Assembly (NCBI GenBank): GCA_963676835.2
Contig: CAXXFF010000002.1
Location: 1,056,001-1,120,000, forward strand
Reading direction: 5' to 3'
Source: Marispirochaeta sp.
GTDB lineage: Bacteria > Spirochaetota > Spirochaetia > JC444 > Marispirochaetaceae
Length of the DNA stretch: 64,000 nt
Part shown: positions 1 through 10,365 of the stretch, in pieces
How the letters are laid out: each line of letters starts with the position of its first letter
How positions within the stretch are numbered: the stretch's first letter is position 1
Notes under the pieces: generated by a model
Database searches by the model: none
Told to the model about the DNA's origin: nothing
The model's input: only the letters and a program-made list of their open reading frames with translations
Made by a program: the position numbers and the translations under genes

Positions 1-680
1 ATAATATCGGCAGATGCCTTGGTAACCCCGTTCATACCCATGGCATCTCCGGTTTTAAATGACAGGCGCAGAATAACCTTTACCCCTATCTGATAGGGAT
101 CGATTTTTATCAGGTTAACAAAAGGGTCTCCTGCAAAGCGTCCAAGATCAGCTGTCAGAGTGCTCTGATTCTGCTGTATCTCTTTGACAAATTTATCGGC
201 TTCGTAAATATCCGGTGCTTCAATCATGGGTGCCCGGGCCATTGAATCTTCCCTGACCAGGGTGGTAATTCCGCCGGCTTTATTTATTGCCTTTATTCCG
301 CGCTGAACTCCTGCCACAAGGGCTGCTTCGTTGGTTGCAAGGGGAATATAGTATTCACCGTCGGCATACCTGCCTTTGATTTTCAATGGGCCGGCAATCC
401 CCATGGGGACCAGAGCGGCTCCAACCTTCATTTCTATACCGGTAAGGAGTGAACCCTCTGCACCTGCCATGGCATTATCTATACGGCTCTGTTTTATCAG
501 GGAAAGATTTTTCCCTGTCCTTTTTTCAACATCTTCACAGCGGATAATACCGGCAATATGACAGGCGTCATTTATTTTTGTTGCATCGCCTGCAAACAGT
601 TCTGTGAAAACGACGGTTTCCAGTTCCCGGCCTTTTATTTTTCCAGTGCTGAAACGCTCAGCAATTTGTGAATAATCCAT
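1..680 (-). CDS. hmgA: HMG-CoA reductase, class I (archaeal/eukaryotic-like); 3' end runs off the window
   Basis: Not in the ORF track. Manual translation from ATG 680 (RBS AAGGAG) gives MDYSQIAERF...VPMGIAGPLKIKG...YIPLATNEAALVAG...SMARAP...KTGDAMGMNGVTKA. PLATxE and DAMGMN are class I HMGR motifs. Confidence 0.9.
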   Translation of the reverse strand, partial: MDYSQIAERFSTGKIKGRELETVVFTELFAGDATKINDACHIAGIIRCEDVEKRTGKNLSLIKQSRIDNAMAGAEGSLLTGIEMKVGAALVPMGIAGPLKIKGRYADGEYYIPLATNEAALVAGVQRGIKAINKAGGITTLVREDSMARAPMIEAPDIYEADKFVKEIQQNQSTLTADLGRFAGDPFVNLIKIDPYQIGVKVILRLSFKTGDAMGMNGVTKASADI

Positions 681-709
681 TTTTGATCTCCTTTTATCTA
701 CGTGAGCGC

Positions 710-1573
710 TTATACAAGCGAACGGGCGAAAACGCCGCATTCAGTTATTTTTTCTGCATCAATACCGGTTTCAATTCCCATGCGGTGAAACATATCCACA
801 ATGGTCTCTGTTGCAGTGTTTCCGGTGGCCCCGGGAGCAAAGGGGCATCCCCCCAGGCCGCCTACGGATCCGTCAATCACGGTAATCCCCGCTTGCATGG
901 CTGCCAGAATATTGGCGAACTCAATACCGTTTGCCCGGTGAAAGTGGGCCGCTACGGATGCTTCAGACAGGGCTGACTTGACTGCCTTGCATACTTCATA
1001 ACTGCTGGCGGGGGATGCCATTCCGGTAGGGTCTCCCAGGGATATTTCATAGGAACCGTAGGATTCCAGCTCCCGGGCAATATTAACCAATGTTTCCACC
1101 GGGATTGCTCCCTCCATGGGGCAGCCGAAAGAAGTTGCTATGTATGAACGTACCCGCAGCCCCGCCTCGGCGGCCTTCCGGTTTATCTCCTTTATCTGGG
1201 CAAGGGAATCGGCCATGGGCATATTGAGATTTTTTTTATTGTGGCTTTCGCTGGAACTCATAATGGTGATAACTTCCTTGAGCCCCGATTCAATAGCCAG
1301 TTCCAGCCCTTTCATGTTGGGGATAAGGGCGTTCAGGAGTATTCCCTTACGCTCTCCGATTGCAGCTACAACCTCTTTGGCATCCTTCATCTGGGGAACC
1401 CATTTGGGAGAAACAAAGGATGTCAGCTCTATTTTCTGACAACCTGCATCGATAAGCTTCTCAATCAACTCCAGTTTGCTCTCGGTGGGTACAAACTTTT
1501 TCTCATTCTGCAGTCCGTCCCTGGGGCCAACCTCAAAGATTTCAAGCTGCTTTGGATAATTCCAATCCGTCAT
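710..1573 (-). CDS. Hydroxymethylglutaryl-CoA lyase
   Basis: EVGPRDGLQNE, HFH metal motif, GLGGCPFAPGATGN. Confidence 0.9.
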   Translation of the reverse strand: MTDWNYPKQLEIFEVGPRDGLQNEKKFVPTESKLELIEKLIDAGCQKIELTSFVSPKWVPQMKDAKEVVAAIGERKGILLNALIPNMKGLELAIESGLKEVITIMSSSESHNKKNLNMPMADSLAQIKEINRKAAEAGLRVRSYIATSFGCPMEGAIPVETLVNIARELESYGSYEISLGDPTGMASPASSYEVCKAVKSALSEASVAAHFHRANGIEFANILAAMQAGITVIDGSVGGLGGCPFAPGATGNTATETIVDMFHRMGIETGIDAEKITECGVFARSLV

Positions 1574-1592
1574 TCAATCCTCCTGTTTTACA

Positions 1593-2261
1593 CTAATCTT
1601 CCAGACCTATATTGAATCTCATATGATTTATGTTTTTCCGGATACAGCGGATAGATTCATCCGTGTGCCTGAGTTTAAGAAAGCTGATAAGTTCGTCATG
1701 ATCTTTCATGGCTGCATGGTTTTTTTCATAAGCCAGTAGCTCTGTCTCCACAAGTCTGATGAGCTGAACGAATTCCCCTGTCCGCTCCAGCAGTTCAATG
1801 AGGAAGTCATTTCCGGAACCCTTGGCCAGTTCGTGGTGAAACTGAAAATCAAGGCGGTTGCATTTTTCGTAGTCTTTGTCTGCAAGGGCTGCTTCGAGTT
1901 GGCGGTTTATCTCTTCCAGATGGTTGATCCGCTCCGTATCCGCATGCCTGATGAACTCTGCAACGGCTAACGACTCGAGGTTGAGCCGTACATCCAGAAG
2001 ATCACTGATCTCCCGGCGTGACATGCGCCGGCAGTAGCTGCCTCTTTGGGGTGTGGATTCCAGAAGCCTCTCTGCTGTCAGTCTGTTTACCGCTTCTCTC
2101 ACCGGGGTTCGGCTGACATCAAGTTTTTTTGCCACCTCTTCTTCTACTATCTTCTGCCCCGGAGCGTAGATTCCCTGGAGAATCATCTGTTTTAACTGCC
2201 AGTAGATTCTGTCTTTGAGGCTGGCAAACTGTGCTGTATTGGAAAAAGGTACGTTAGCCAT
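1593..2261 (-). CDS. GntR family regulator (FCD domain)
   Basis: VSRTPVREA winged HTH; FHH in the FCD domain. Start could be 2276. Confidence 0.9.
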   Translation of the reverse strand: MANVPFSNTAQFASLKDRIYWQLKQMILQGIYAPGQKIVEEEVAKKLDVSRTPVREAVNRLTAERLLESTPQRGSYCRRMSRREISDLLDVRLNLESLAVAEFIRHADTERINHLEEINRQLEAALADKDYEKCNRLDFQFHHELAKGSGNDFLIELLERTGEFVQLIRLVETELLAYEKNHAAMKDHDELISFLKLRHTDESIRCIRKNINHMRFNIGLED

Positions 2262-2265
2262 ATGA

Positions 2266-2359
2266 AATGTATACATTGTGATGGGGTATCTGTCAAATTA
2301 ATTAGAAATTACCGGAAATTAAGGAGTAAGCCCTCCAAAACAGGATAAAAATGTATACA
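2266..2359. promoter_or_regulatory. Two TGTATACA palindromes, likely GntR operators
   Basis: AATGTATACATT (2266-2277) and TGTATACA (2352-2359) upstream of the gntR-lyase-reductase operon. Confidence 0.55.
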
Positions 2360-2449
2360 AATATAACCGGGATATCTTCTCCCGGAGAAATTCAGATAAT
2401 GCTCTCCCCGGGGGATATGGTTAAAAGTACAAGGAAATGCCCGAAGCTG

Positions 2450-2475
2450 GAGAGCCCTCAGAGATGAGGGCTCTC
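2450..2475. terminator. Stem-loop, probable terminator
   Basis: GAGAGCCCTCA-gaga-TGAGGGCTCTC downstream of 2498..3187. Confidence 0.55.
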
Positions 2476-2497
2476 AGAATGTGAAGTGTAGGTTGTT

Positions 2498-3187
2498 CTA
2501 TAGTTGCGTGAGGAATGTTGTGTACTGGTCTTTCTGCTCCGGAAGTACGCCGGCTTCGATATTCTGCGCAAGGTAGGCAAAGAGCTGTTCCCGGTACTGC
2601 TGGTCAACCTCCTGCATAATTGCCGGACCATAGACCGAAAGGTTCTTTTCAAGTAAGGCATAAATATCTTCCGGCAGTGCAGCTGTGTAAAGGGTAATAA
2701 TACTGCCTAAAACCATATTCACTCCGCCAACCTGTGCCTGCTGCAGTCCTTGCAGGCGGGTCTGGTAGGTGTAGCTTTCCGGATCAAGCTCTGTCAGATA
2801 CTCCCGTGATGCCTGCAGAACGCCTGCAAAGAGATGGGCGAGGACTGCGGTCATCTTAATAATCCGCTCGCTTGGTACAGGATTTGTGAGACCCTCCTCT
2901 TTTTGCAGCAGAACATTGAGATTGGTATAAATGGGAAGAATAAAATCCAGACCGGCTTCAGCCGATTGCGATTTGAGCTGCTGATCAAAGATTTCCCAGT
3001 TCAGATATATCTCATCCAGCAGGGTGTCGCTGATTCCCACTGTTTGGTTTTTATCAGCCAGATCCGTTTCTATCTGGAGTGCTGAAACAGCTTTGTTGAT
3101 GTCGAAAGGATTCTCCTGAGCAATCAACGAAACCGATGCACAGACAAGTAAGAGAAGAGCTATTGTAGTTGTTTGTTTCAAATTCAT
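2498..3187 (-). CDS. Hypothetical exported protein
   Basis: 229-aa ORF with an N-terminal signal-peptide-like stretch. Confidence 0.65.
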   Translation of the reverse strand: MNLKQTTTIALLLLVCASVSLIAQENPFDINKAVSALQIETDLADKNQTVGISDTLLDEIYLNWEIFDQQLKSQSAEAGLDFILPIYTNLNVLLQKEEGLTNPVPSERIIKMTAVLAHLFAGVLQASREYLTELDPESYTYQTRLQGLQQAQVGGVNMVLGSIITLYTAALPEDIYALLEKNLSVYGPAIMQEVDQQYREQLFAYLAQNIEAGVLPEQKDQYTTFLTQL

Positions 3188-3227
3188 AACAAGGATGGTA
3201 TCATAATAACCAATAGATTATCAAAGA

Positions 3228-3911
3228 TCAGAGCAGTCGTATCGAATCTCTCATAATATCTATATCATGTACCATTTCGTCCCGGGCCAGAGCTGAGAAG
3301 CCGTTCTCCAGAGCACGTATTATTGCATAATGATACCTGGTATTAACCATGCCGGGATTGCTGTTGGTTTTTTGACCGATTGCCTTGTATGCCAGCCAGT
3401 GATACCGGGCAATTCTGCTCTGTACGCTCCTGTATAATTCAAGGAGATATTTGTTTCTTGAGGCGTTAATAATTACCTGATGGAACTCACAATCCAGTTC
3501 TGCATATTTTTGACATGATTCGTCTGTGGTACTCAGATATCTGGCGTGTAGTTCGTTCAGCTTGGTTATCTCTTTCTGTGAAATTTCTTTTGCCGCAAGA
3601 AATGCAGCTTCCCCTTCTATTCCTTTTCGCATGGCACAGAGGTCAAGACAATCTTCAACACTCATATAGGAAACCCGGGGCATTTTACCTGGTTCCTTCT
3701 CTACCAGTCCGTTCATATGCAGCCTTTTAATAGCTGAACTAACGGGAGATCGGCTTATTCCTGTATCACGTGCGATCTTCAACTCATTAATTCTGGAACC
3801 GGGATTTATCTTCAAGGAAATTATATCATCAAACAGATGTTCATATACAATCTGGTTTATCGGGGTGAAGGGGTTTATATCCAGTTTTTTTTGCAGGTCT
3901 TCCCGGTTCAT
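3228..3911 (-). CDS. GntR family regulator (FCD domain)
   Basis: GISRSPV HTH, EFHQ; GGAGG RBS before ATG 3911. Confidence 0.88.
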   Translation of the reverse strand: MNREDLQKKLDINPFTPINQIVYEHLFDDIISLKINPGSRINELKIARDTGISRSPVSSAIKRLHMNGLVEKEPGKMPRVSYMSVEDCLDLCAMRKGIEGEAAFLAAKEISQKEITKLNELHARYLSTTDESCQKYAELDCEFHQVIINASRNKYLLELYRSVQSRIARYHWLAYKAIGQKTNSNPGMVNTRYHYAIIRALENGFSALARDEMVHDIDIMRDSIRLL

Positions 3912-4013
3912 AAAACCTCCAGAGTAGGCGTAATGGTACATATACAGGCAGAGCATTATAAAGCGGGAAATGTATAATGGACAGGTTTTTCAGCAGATCA
4001 TAATGATTTTTAA

Positions 4014-4048
4014 CCGAACCGGAAAGAGTTTTTTCTTCCCGGTTCGGC
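4014..4048 (-). terminator. Hairpin terminator after the aldolase gene
   Basis: CCGAACCGG...CCGGTTCGG inverted repeat. Confidence 0.5.
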
Positions 4049-4062
4049 ATAAGGAACTGGAG

Positions 4063-4833
4063 TCAGCTTTTTACAGCTTTTGCATAGGCTATCGCCGAGG
4101 ACATAAGAAAGCTCATGTCCACGTGTACAACTGCATCGAATCCTTGTGCAAAAGTTGGCTCTATAGCTTCCATCGCCATTGCGAGACCAAGGCAGAATTT
4201 GCCCGAATCTCTGCAGGCCTTTGTTACACGCTCAATAGCTGAAATAAAAGTCGGATCTTGAAACTGTGCCGGTTTTCCCAGAGCAATAGAAAGGTCATAG
4301 GGCCCGAGGAAAATCCCGGCTACACCCTCGAGGTCGCAAATTTCCTCAATGCATTCAAGAGCTTCAACAGTTTCGCATTGGGGAATAATCAGGGTCTCTC
4401 GATTGCAGGTTTCAAAATATTCTTCAGTGCTTTTATACCCGGGCATCATACCAAATGCATTTATGCGGCTGGCGCCGAATCCTCTCTGTCCCATGGGAAC
4501 GTACTTCGCATACTCTATTACCTGCTGTACTTCTGCTACAGATTTTATAAATGGAACCATTAAACCCATCGCTCCGATATCAAGCATTTTAAGTATGGAT
4601 GAGCGGGATGCATCTTTGACCCGGACTATAGGGACAATATCACGCCTTTCTGCAGCGAGAATAAGTTTAACTGTACTTTCTACATCTGACGGACCATGCT
4701 CTGTATCTATAATTACAAAGTCCAGCCCCGCAAGGCCCAGGCTTTCAATTACTGCACTGCTGTCGAGGATGGAGAAGGCGCCAGCCATTTTTTCTCCCTT
4801 CGAAAATTTCTCAAGTATTTTATTATTCATCAA
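4063..4833 (-). CDS. HpcH/HpaI (GarL-like) class II aldolase
   Basis: DFVIIDTEHG, VRV, GQRGFG, QCET, FLGPYDLS. Confidence 0.9.
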   Translation of the reverse strand: MMNNKILEKFSKGEKMAGAFSILDSSAVIESLGLAGLDFVIIDTEHGPSDVESTVKLILAAERRDIVPIVRVKDASRSSILKMLDIGAMGLMVPFIKSVAEVQQVIEYAKYVPMGQRGFGASRINAFGMMPGYKSTEEYFETCNRETLIIPQCETVEALECIEEICDLEGVAGIFLGPYDLSIALGKPAQFQDPTFISAIERVTKACRDSGKFCLGLAMAMEAIEPTFAQGFDAVVHVDMSFLMSSAIAYAKAVKS

Positions 4834-5073
4834 TTGTTGTCTCCTTATTTATGGATTGATGTCGGAAATTATAGGGCTATCTATTTTCATGTGTCAAAAA
4901 ATATGCGAACTGGCAGGATTACAGGTAAACTGTATATGACAAGAATCACTATTGCTGTACTGCTTCATTTATGAACATAGTTTGAAGCATGGTGCTGATT
5001 CTGTGAAACAAAATTATCAGTCTGCTAATCCTGTCTTAATAAAAACAGAACATTAATATTGAGTTATAAATTC

Positions 5074-5688
5074 ATGCGTGCAATTATTACAACCTTTCTA
5101 TTTGCGTTCTCATTTTATCCATTGTTTACTGTTGAACTGGATTCAAGTGTTGTCAGCCATTATGCGGTAGAAGCTCTTATCCAGAAAGAGTGTATCTATC
5201 TGGAGACAGAAGGCAGAACCGAAATGCCCCTGGAAATGGTCAGCAGCCTGATTGAGAGGCCGGAAATTTTCGAAATGATCGGAGATGCCTATGAAAGTAT
5301 GCAGACTGATGAAAAAGATGCAGAATTCAGGGTAAGAAAAGTAGGCGAGGGAAAGTATACCTATGTAAGCCGCAAGAACCAGGAAACCGGCATCGAAGAG
5401 GTTGCACGGGTTGTTGTGCAGCAGGAAAAAGCCCTTGTGGCCTATCTGGGTGAAGGACGCCGGTTTTTCGGAGCATTTCAGGTCCTGGTGCAGGTAGAAT
5501 TAACCCCTGCCTTTGACGGCGGAAGCAAGTACACTGTTTGTGTTTATGCCTATCCTGATTCCGGTGCTGTGCGGTTGTTTGCAAAAATACCGGGTGTGGA
5601 AAGTTACTTCAAAAGAAAAACCACCGAAATTACCGAGCTTGCCCTGTCTATATGTGAAATTCTTTATGGGCAGGAGAATGCGGGGTAG
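5074..5688 (+). CDS. Hypothetical protein, probably exported
   Basis: Hydrophobic N-terminus; about 200-aa ORF. Confidence 0.6.
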   Translation: MRAIITTFLFAFSFYPLFTVELDSSVVSHYAVEALIQKECIYLETEGRTEMPLEMVSSLIERPEIFEMIGDAYESMQTDEKDAEFRVRKVGEGKYTYVSRKNQETGIEEVARVVVQQEKALVAYLGEGRRFFGAFQVLVQVELTPAFDGGSKYTVCVYAYPDSGAVRLFAKIPGVESYFKRKTTEITELALSICEILYGQENAG

Positions 5689-5766
5689 GGCATGAAGCCC
5701 CTTTTGATCTGTTATCCAATAAGATATATATTAGTAAACAGCTAAAGATATCCGGAGGATGATGGT

Positions 5767-6783
5767 ATGAAAGAAACGGTGAGCAATATACAGTCGTTGG
5801 GGTTTCAGTGGGCAACCCGTGATCCTTTTCTGTTCTGTGCTCATCATTACGATCATTATCCGGCCGGGAATGAGCATCAGGGACCGGCTGCCTCCCTTGC
5901 CGGCAGAAGTATCGGGCAGGACTTTACTGTAAAAGACGGCTGGCGGATGTATCACGGTGAACAGGTCCCGGGCTTTCCGGAACATCCCCACCGCGGTTTT
6001 GAAACAATAACTATAGTTCTGGAAGGCTTTGTTGATCACTCCGATAGCCATGGTGCCGCAGGGCGCTACGGTGAGGGGGATGTTCAATGGATGACCGCCG
6101 GCAGCGGTCTGCAGCATTCGGAAATGTTTCCCTGTGTGTTTAAAGACAGACCCAACACCCTGCATATCTTTCAGATATGGCTGAACCTGCCTGCTAAAGA
6201 CAAGTTTGTCGATCCCCATTACACTATGCTATGGTCGGAAGATATCCCGATACGTAAAGAGACAGATGATGAAGGCAGGGAAATTTCCATCCGCATTATT
6301 GCAGGAAGCCTCCACGGGGATTCCGCTCCGGCCCCTGCTCCGGATTCGTGGGCTGCGGACTCTGAAAACCATGTTGCTGTCTGGCTGATCACCCTGGCCC
6401 CCAACGCTGTCTGGACACTGCCGGAGGCCTCCGCGGAAACAGCACGTACCCTCTATAACTATGAAGGAGACGGCTTGGCCGCTGAAGACACTGAAATTCC
6501 TGTTAATCACTCCTTTGATACAATTTTCGAACAACCAGTCTGCCTCAAAAACGGAAATAAGGAGAGCCGGATTCTGCTGCTCCAGGGTAGACCCATTAAG
6601 GAACCGGTCGCACAGTACGGGCCCTTTGTTATGAATACTCATGAAGAAATAAATCAGGCAATAAGCGATTATCAGGCCACTCAGTTCGGCGGATGGCCAT
6701 GGACTACCAGGGAGCCGGTCCACTCTCCCCATGGGATACGCTTTGCCCGGTATGCCGATGGCACAATCGAAGAAAGGCAGTGA
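5767..6783 (+). CDS. Pirin family protein
   Basis: GFPEHPHRGFET, WMTAGSGLQHSE, QIWLNLP, GPFVMN. Confidence 0.95.
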   Translation: MKETVSNIQSLGFQWATRDPFLFCAHHYDHYPAGNEHQGPAASLAGRSIGQDFTVKDGWRMYHGEQVPGFPEHPHRGFETITIVLEGFVDHSDSHGAAGRYGEGDVQWMTAGSGLQHSEMFPCVFKDRPNTLHIFQIWLNLPAKDKFVDPHYTMLWSEDIPIRKETDDEGREISIRIIAGSLHGDSAPAPAPDSWAADSENHVAVWLITLAPNAVWTLPEASAETARTLYNYEGDGLAAEDTEIPVNHSFDTIFEQPVCLKNGNKESRILLLQGRPIKEPVAQYGPFVMNTHEEINQAISDYQATQFGGWPWTTREPVHSPHGIRFARYADGTIEERQ

Positions 6784-6842
6784 CAAACCCCGGTTAATCA
6801 GCTGTTCAGTCGCCGTGTATACAGTTTGTGGAGGTTCCAGCA

Positions 6843-7187
6843 ATGAGTTCTGTTGATGAATATATAAAGAACCAGTCGGAGACTGTCCGTTCTGTTCTCA
6901 CAAAAGTGAGGGCCATGGTGCTCTCTTCGGCGCCCGATGTGCTTGAGGGGATAGCCTACGGAATGCCGGCCTACAAGCTTGCCGGCAAGCCGCTTGTCTA
7001 CTTCGCTGCACAGAAAAAACATCTCGGTTTCTATGCAACTCCGTCAGGCCATGAAGCCTTTGCTGACCGTCTCTCAGGCTATAAGCACGGTAAAGGCTCT
7101 GTTCAGTTTCCCTTCGATAGCCCGATTCCCTATGATCTGATACGTGAAATGGTGGAATTTCGGGTAAGGGAGAATGAGACGCTATAG
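6843..7187 (+). CDS. DUF1801 / YdhG-like iron chaperone family protein
   Basis: VDEYI, IAYGMPAY, HLGFY, KGSVQFP. Confidence 0.85.
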   Translation: MSSVDEYIKNQSETVRSVLTKVRAMVLSSAPDVLEGIAYGMPAYKLAGKPLVYFAAQKKHLGFYATPSGHEAFADRLSGYKHGKGSVQFPFDSPIPYDLIREMVEFRVRENETL

Positions 7188-7337
7188 CTGTCGGATAGTT
7201 CCTTAGTTGATGGAGGGTAGATTTTATTGTCTATTCTCTAATGAATTCCAATCGATTTACCAGGCTGGAAAGGAATTTCCTGTTTTCATATTTGATTATA
7301 TAATGTATATTATGATTATATACGTTTGGAGGGGTTT

Positions 7338-7649
7338 GTGGACTTTTCCGGCATTAATGGTTTTGAATGGGATGAAGAAAACTTCTACAAGAATATTGGA
7401 AAGCATGGTGTTTATGATTCCGAGGCGGAGCAGATTTTCTTTAACCATCCATTAGTAATCAAGCGGGACCATAAACACTCCCGATCAGAAGTTAGATACT
7501 ATTCCTTGGGTCGGACAAATCATGAAAGGCTGCTTTTTGTCGCTTTTACTATTCGATCTGATAAAATCCGGGTAATTTCTGCCAGGGATATGACGAACAG
7601 GGAGGTTAAGGTATATGAAGACCACAAAAAAAGAACTTCCTATATTTAA
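7338..7649 (+). CDS. brnT: BrnT family toxin
   Basis: FEWDE..N..KHGV, E.RY, IRVISAR; GTG start after GGAGG. Confidence 0.9.
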   Translation: MDFSGINGFEWDEENFYKNIGKHGVYDSEAEQIFFNHPLVIKRDHKHSRSEVRYYSLGRTNHERLLFVAFTIRSDKIRVISARDMTNREVKVYEDHKKRTSYI

Positions 7650-7902
7650 AAATGAGCAGGAAGAACGTGATTTCTGGGCCGTTCATGATTCTGCAGATTT
7701 TATAGACTGGAAAGAAGCTGAGACTGGACGCTTTCCTGATTTAAAACCGACCACCAAAGCCATTTCCATCAGGCTTCCTCAGTCTCTAATAGAAGATCTG
7801 AAAATCCTTGCGAACAAGCGGGATGTTCCCTATCAGTCGCTACTCAAGATATTACTGGCGGAGAAAGTTGATGATGAGTTTGGAAGAAAGAGGGTAGGAT
7901 AG
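7615..7902 (+). CDS. brnA: BrnA/CopG-type antitoxin
   Basis: EERDFW, ISIRLP, PYQSLLK; overlaps the toxin gene. Confidence 0.85.
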   Translation: MKTTKKELPIFKNEQEERDFWAVHDSADFIDWKEAETGRFPDLKPTTKAISIRLPQSLIEDLKILANKRDVPYQSLLKILLAEKVDDEFGRKRVG

Positions 7903-7928
7903 AGATGGCTGAAAGCTGAGTGGTGTAC

Positions 7929-9560
7929 TCAGCTCTCTTTCTTCTCCAGATAGTAGTTGTAATCCCCTTCAAACACTGTCATCTGTCCATGATCAATCTC
8001 AAAAACCCGGTTAACCAGGTGTTTAAGGAAGTAGCGGTCGTGGCTGACTATAATGACGGTGCCCTCAAACTCCTGAAGTGCTTCCAGCAGAACTTCCCGG
8101 CTGGCGATATCAAGGTGGTTTGTCGGCTCATCGAGCATGAGAAAATTGATGGGTCTGGCAAGCAGTGAGGCCAGCATGACCCGGCTTTTTTCCCCTCCCG
8201 AAAGGACCGAGATCCTCTTCTCTACATCGTCGCCGGAAAACTGAAAGGCCCCTAAGAGGTTCATGATGCTGCCTTTGGATTCGGTGGGCAGCAGAGCAGA
8301 AATTTCCTCAAAAATCGTGTTGGAGGAAGTCAGGCTGTCTCCGGAATACTGGCTGAAATAGCCGGGGGTAACAGAGGCTCCAAGTCCGCAGTTCCCAGAA
8401 CTTGCTTCGGTCAGCCCTGCAATAACTTTGAGAAAGGTGGATTTACCGGCGCCGTTGATTCCGGTGAGGGCGATCTTATTTCCCCGTTCTACTGTTCCTG
8501 AGATGCCGCTGAATACGGGGTGGACCCCGCCGTCGTCAAGGGGCCAGTCTTTGGCAAGGTCTTCCATGGTGACCACCATGTCGCCGCTCCGGGGGCAGGA
8601 AGGAAAGTTGAACTTCATTACCCGTGGTTCCGGAGGAACAACGATCCGCTCCATCTTTTCTATCATCTTTACCCGGGACTGTACCTGGGCCGCATGGGAG
8701 GCCCGGGCTGCAAAACGGGCAATAAACTCCTCTTCCTTGGCAAGCATTGCCTGCTGCCGTTTCTGGGCGGCAACAAGCTGTTCCCGTCTAATTGCCCTCT
8801 CAGTAAGGAAGAAGTCGTAATCCCCGCTGTAGGTCTGAATGGTTTCGCCTGCGGCCTCGATGGTACGGCTGCAGATGCGGGTCATAAACTCCCGGTCGTG
8901 GCTGGTCATCATCAAAGCGCCTTTAAAGCTTTTGAGCCACTCTTCCAGCCATAGAATGGATTCCATGTCCAGGTGGTTGGTGGGTTCGTCCATTAAGAGC
9001 ACATCCGGGTTGAGCAGCAGCACCCGGGCCAGGGCAATGCGCATTTTCCAGCCGCCGCTGAAGCTTGCCATATCCAGCTGCTGACGGCTCTCGGCAATTC
9101 CGAGGCCGTCGAGAATAGCCCTGGCTTCAGTTTCAAGCTCGTAACCGCCGAGGTTCTGAAATTCCATCTGCACTTCGCCGTAACGGGCCATGAATTTCTC
9201 CATGTCTTCATCACTCATCTGCCCCATGGCCTCGGTATCGCCCATGGCATGTTCCATCTCTTCCAGCTGCAGGCCTAACTCATAGACTTTACCGGCCCCC
9301 TGAAGCACTTCCTGAAACGCGGTTCTTCCGGCGCTTTCGCCTACATCCTGTGAGAAGTAACCGATTACTGTGCCGGGATCAACCGCGACAACGCCGTCGT
9401 CAGGCGTCTCTTCCCCGGTAATAAGACGGAAGATGGTGGTCTTGCCGGAGCCGTTGGGGCCTACCAGGCCGATCCGGTCCTGGGGGCGGATAAGCAGGGA
9501 AGAATCCCTGAAAAGGATGCGTTCGCCGTAGGCAACGCGGATACCGGACATATTGATCAT
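7929..9560 (-). CDS. ABC-F family ATP-binding protein
   Basis: Two NBDs (GPNGSGKT, FSGGW, DEPTNHLD; GINGAGKS, LSGGE) and no TM segments. Confidence 0.95.
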   Translation of the reverse strand: MINMSGIRVAYGERILFRDSSLLIRPQDRIGLVGPNGSGKTTIFRLITGEETPDDGVVAVDPGTVIGYFSQDVGESAGRTAFQEVLQGAGKVYELGLQLEEMEHAMGDTEAMGQMSDEDMEKFMARYGEVQMEFQNLGGYELETEARAILDGLGIAESRQQLDMASFSGGWKMRIALARVLLLNPDVLLMDEPTNHLDMESILWLEEWLKSFKGALMMTSHDREFMTRICSRTIEAAGETIQTYSGDYDFFLTERAIRREQLVAAQKRQQAMLAKEEEFIARFAARASHAAQVQSRVKMIEKMERIVVPPEPRVMKFNFPSCPRSGDMVVTMEDLAKDWPLDDGGVHPVFSGISGTVERGNKIALTGINGAGKSTFLKVIAGLTEASSGNCGLGASVTPGYFSQYSGDSLTSSNTIFEEISALLPTESKGSIMNLLGAFQFSGDDVEKRISVLSGGEKSRVMLASLLARPINFLMLDEPTNHLDIASREVLLEALQEFEGTVIIVSHDRYFLKHLVNRVFEIDHGQMTVFEGDYNYYLEKKES

Positions 9561-9680
9561 GGAAGGGGGCTCCTGACTGTGGGGTGAATCGGGGTGATTG
9601 TACTGTGTCGGTTTAGGGAGTGTCAATTTGGAGGTTCAGAAGCTGAAGGGGATAGTTTGTCATTTTCTTTCTGCCGATTC

Positions 9681-10364
9681 TTACTCTTCAGCCAGTGCGT
9701 CCAGAGCGGATTTACGGAACCCCCTGAAAATCAGGAACAGGCTCAGGCCTATCTCGAAGAGTCCCCCGGGCAGGGAAAGCAGCACACCTATGCCGGTTCC
9801 GAAAAGCTCAGAAACCATACCGGCGATAAAGATGGCATATCCCGCAGCGCCCCAGATGGAAAAGAATCGGGGTACGATTTTTGAGCTGTACAGCACCGAG
9901 ACAAACAGAAGGCCGCCGAGCCCCCAGATGGCCATGCTGATATAATAGCAATACAATCCCGCCTGTATCAGAAGATTTCCCAGGGTTTCAAATAGAAGCC
10001 CCGCGGCGGGTCCGGCATTGGCGTATTCCGCACTCAGGGGAAGCAGGAGGAGCGAAAAAACAGTACCGACTACAGCCATGGAAGTGGCGGCAATTGCTGC
10101 ACTCAGGTATCCATAACTCAGGGTTTTATTGAATCTTATCAGAATCGGCATCATAACAACCGGCAAACCTATGTTTACGAAGGTATGGACAATGGCTATC
10201 AGTATGACACCTAACACCAGGGTACTGCTGTTCTCATGGATTTGTGTAAGAAAGTCCGGGGCATCTGTGACAGAAGCGATAAGCCCGCTTCCAGTTCCAT
10301 ATGTAAGAAAAGCGACGATAAAAAATATTCCGAATATTCTGGCGGTAGATCTGTAGTTATTCAT
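9681..10364 (-). CDS. DUF4386 family membrane protein
   Basis: TARIFG N-terminus, PRFFSIWG, GLFEIGL..FLIFRGF. Confidence 0.8.
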   Translation of the reverse strand: MNNYRSTARIFGIFFIVAFLTYGTGSGLIASVTDAPDFLTQIHENSSTLVLGVILIAIVHTFVNIGLPVVMMPILIRFNKTLSYGYLSAAIAATSMAVVGTVFSLLLLPLSAEYANAGPAAGLLFETLGNLLIQAGLYCYYISMAIWGLGGLLFVSVLYSSKIVPRFFSIWGAAGYAIFIAGMVSELFGTGIGVLLSLPGGLFEIGLSLFLIFRGFRKSALDALAEE

Positions 10365-10365
10365 T

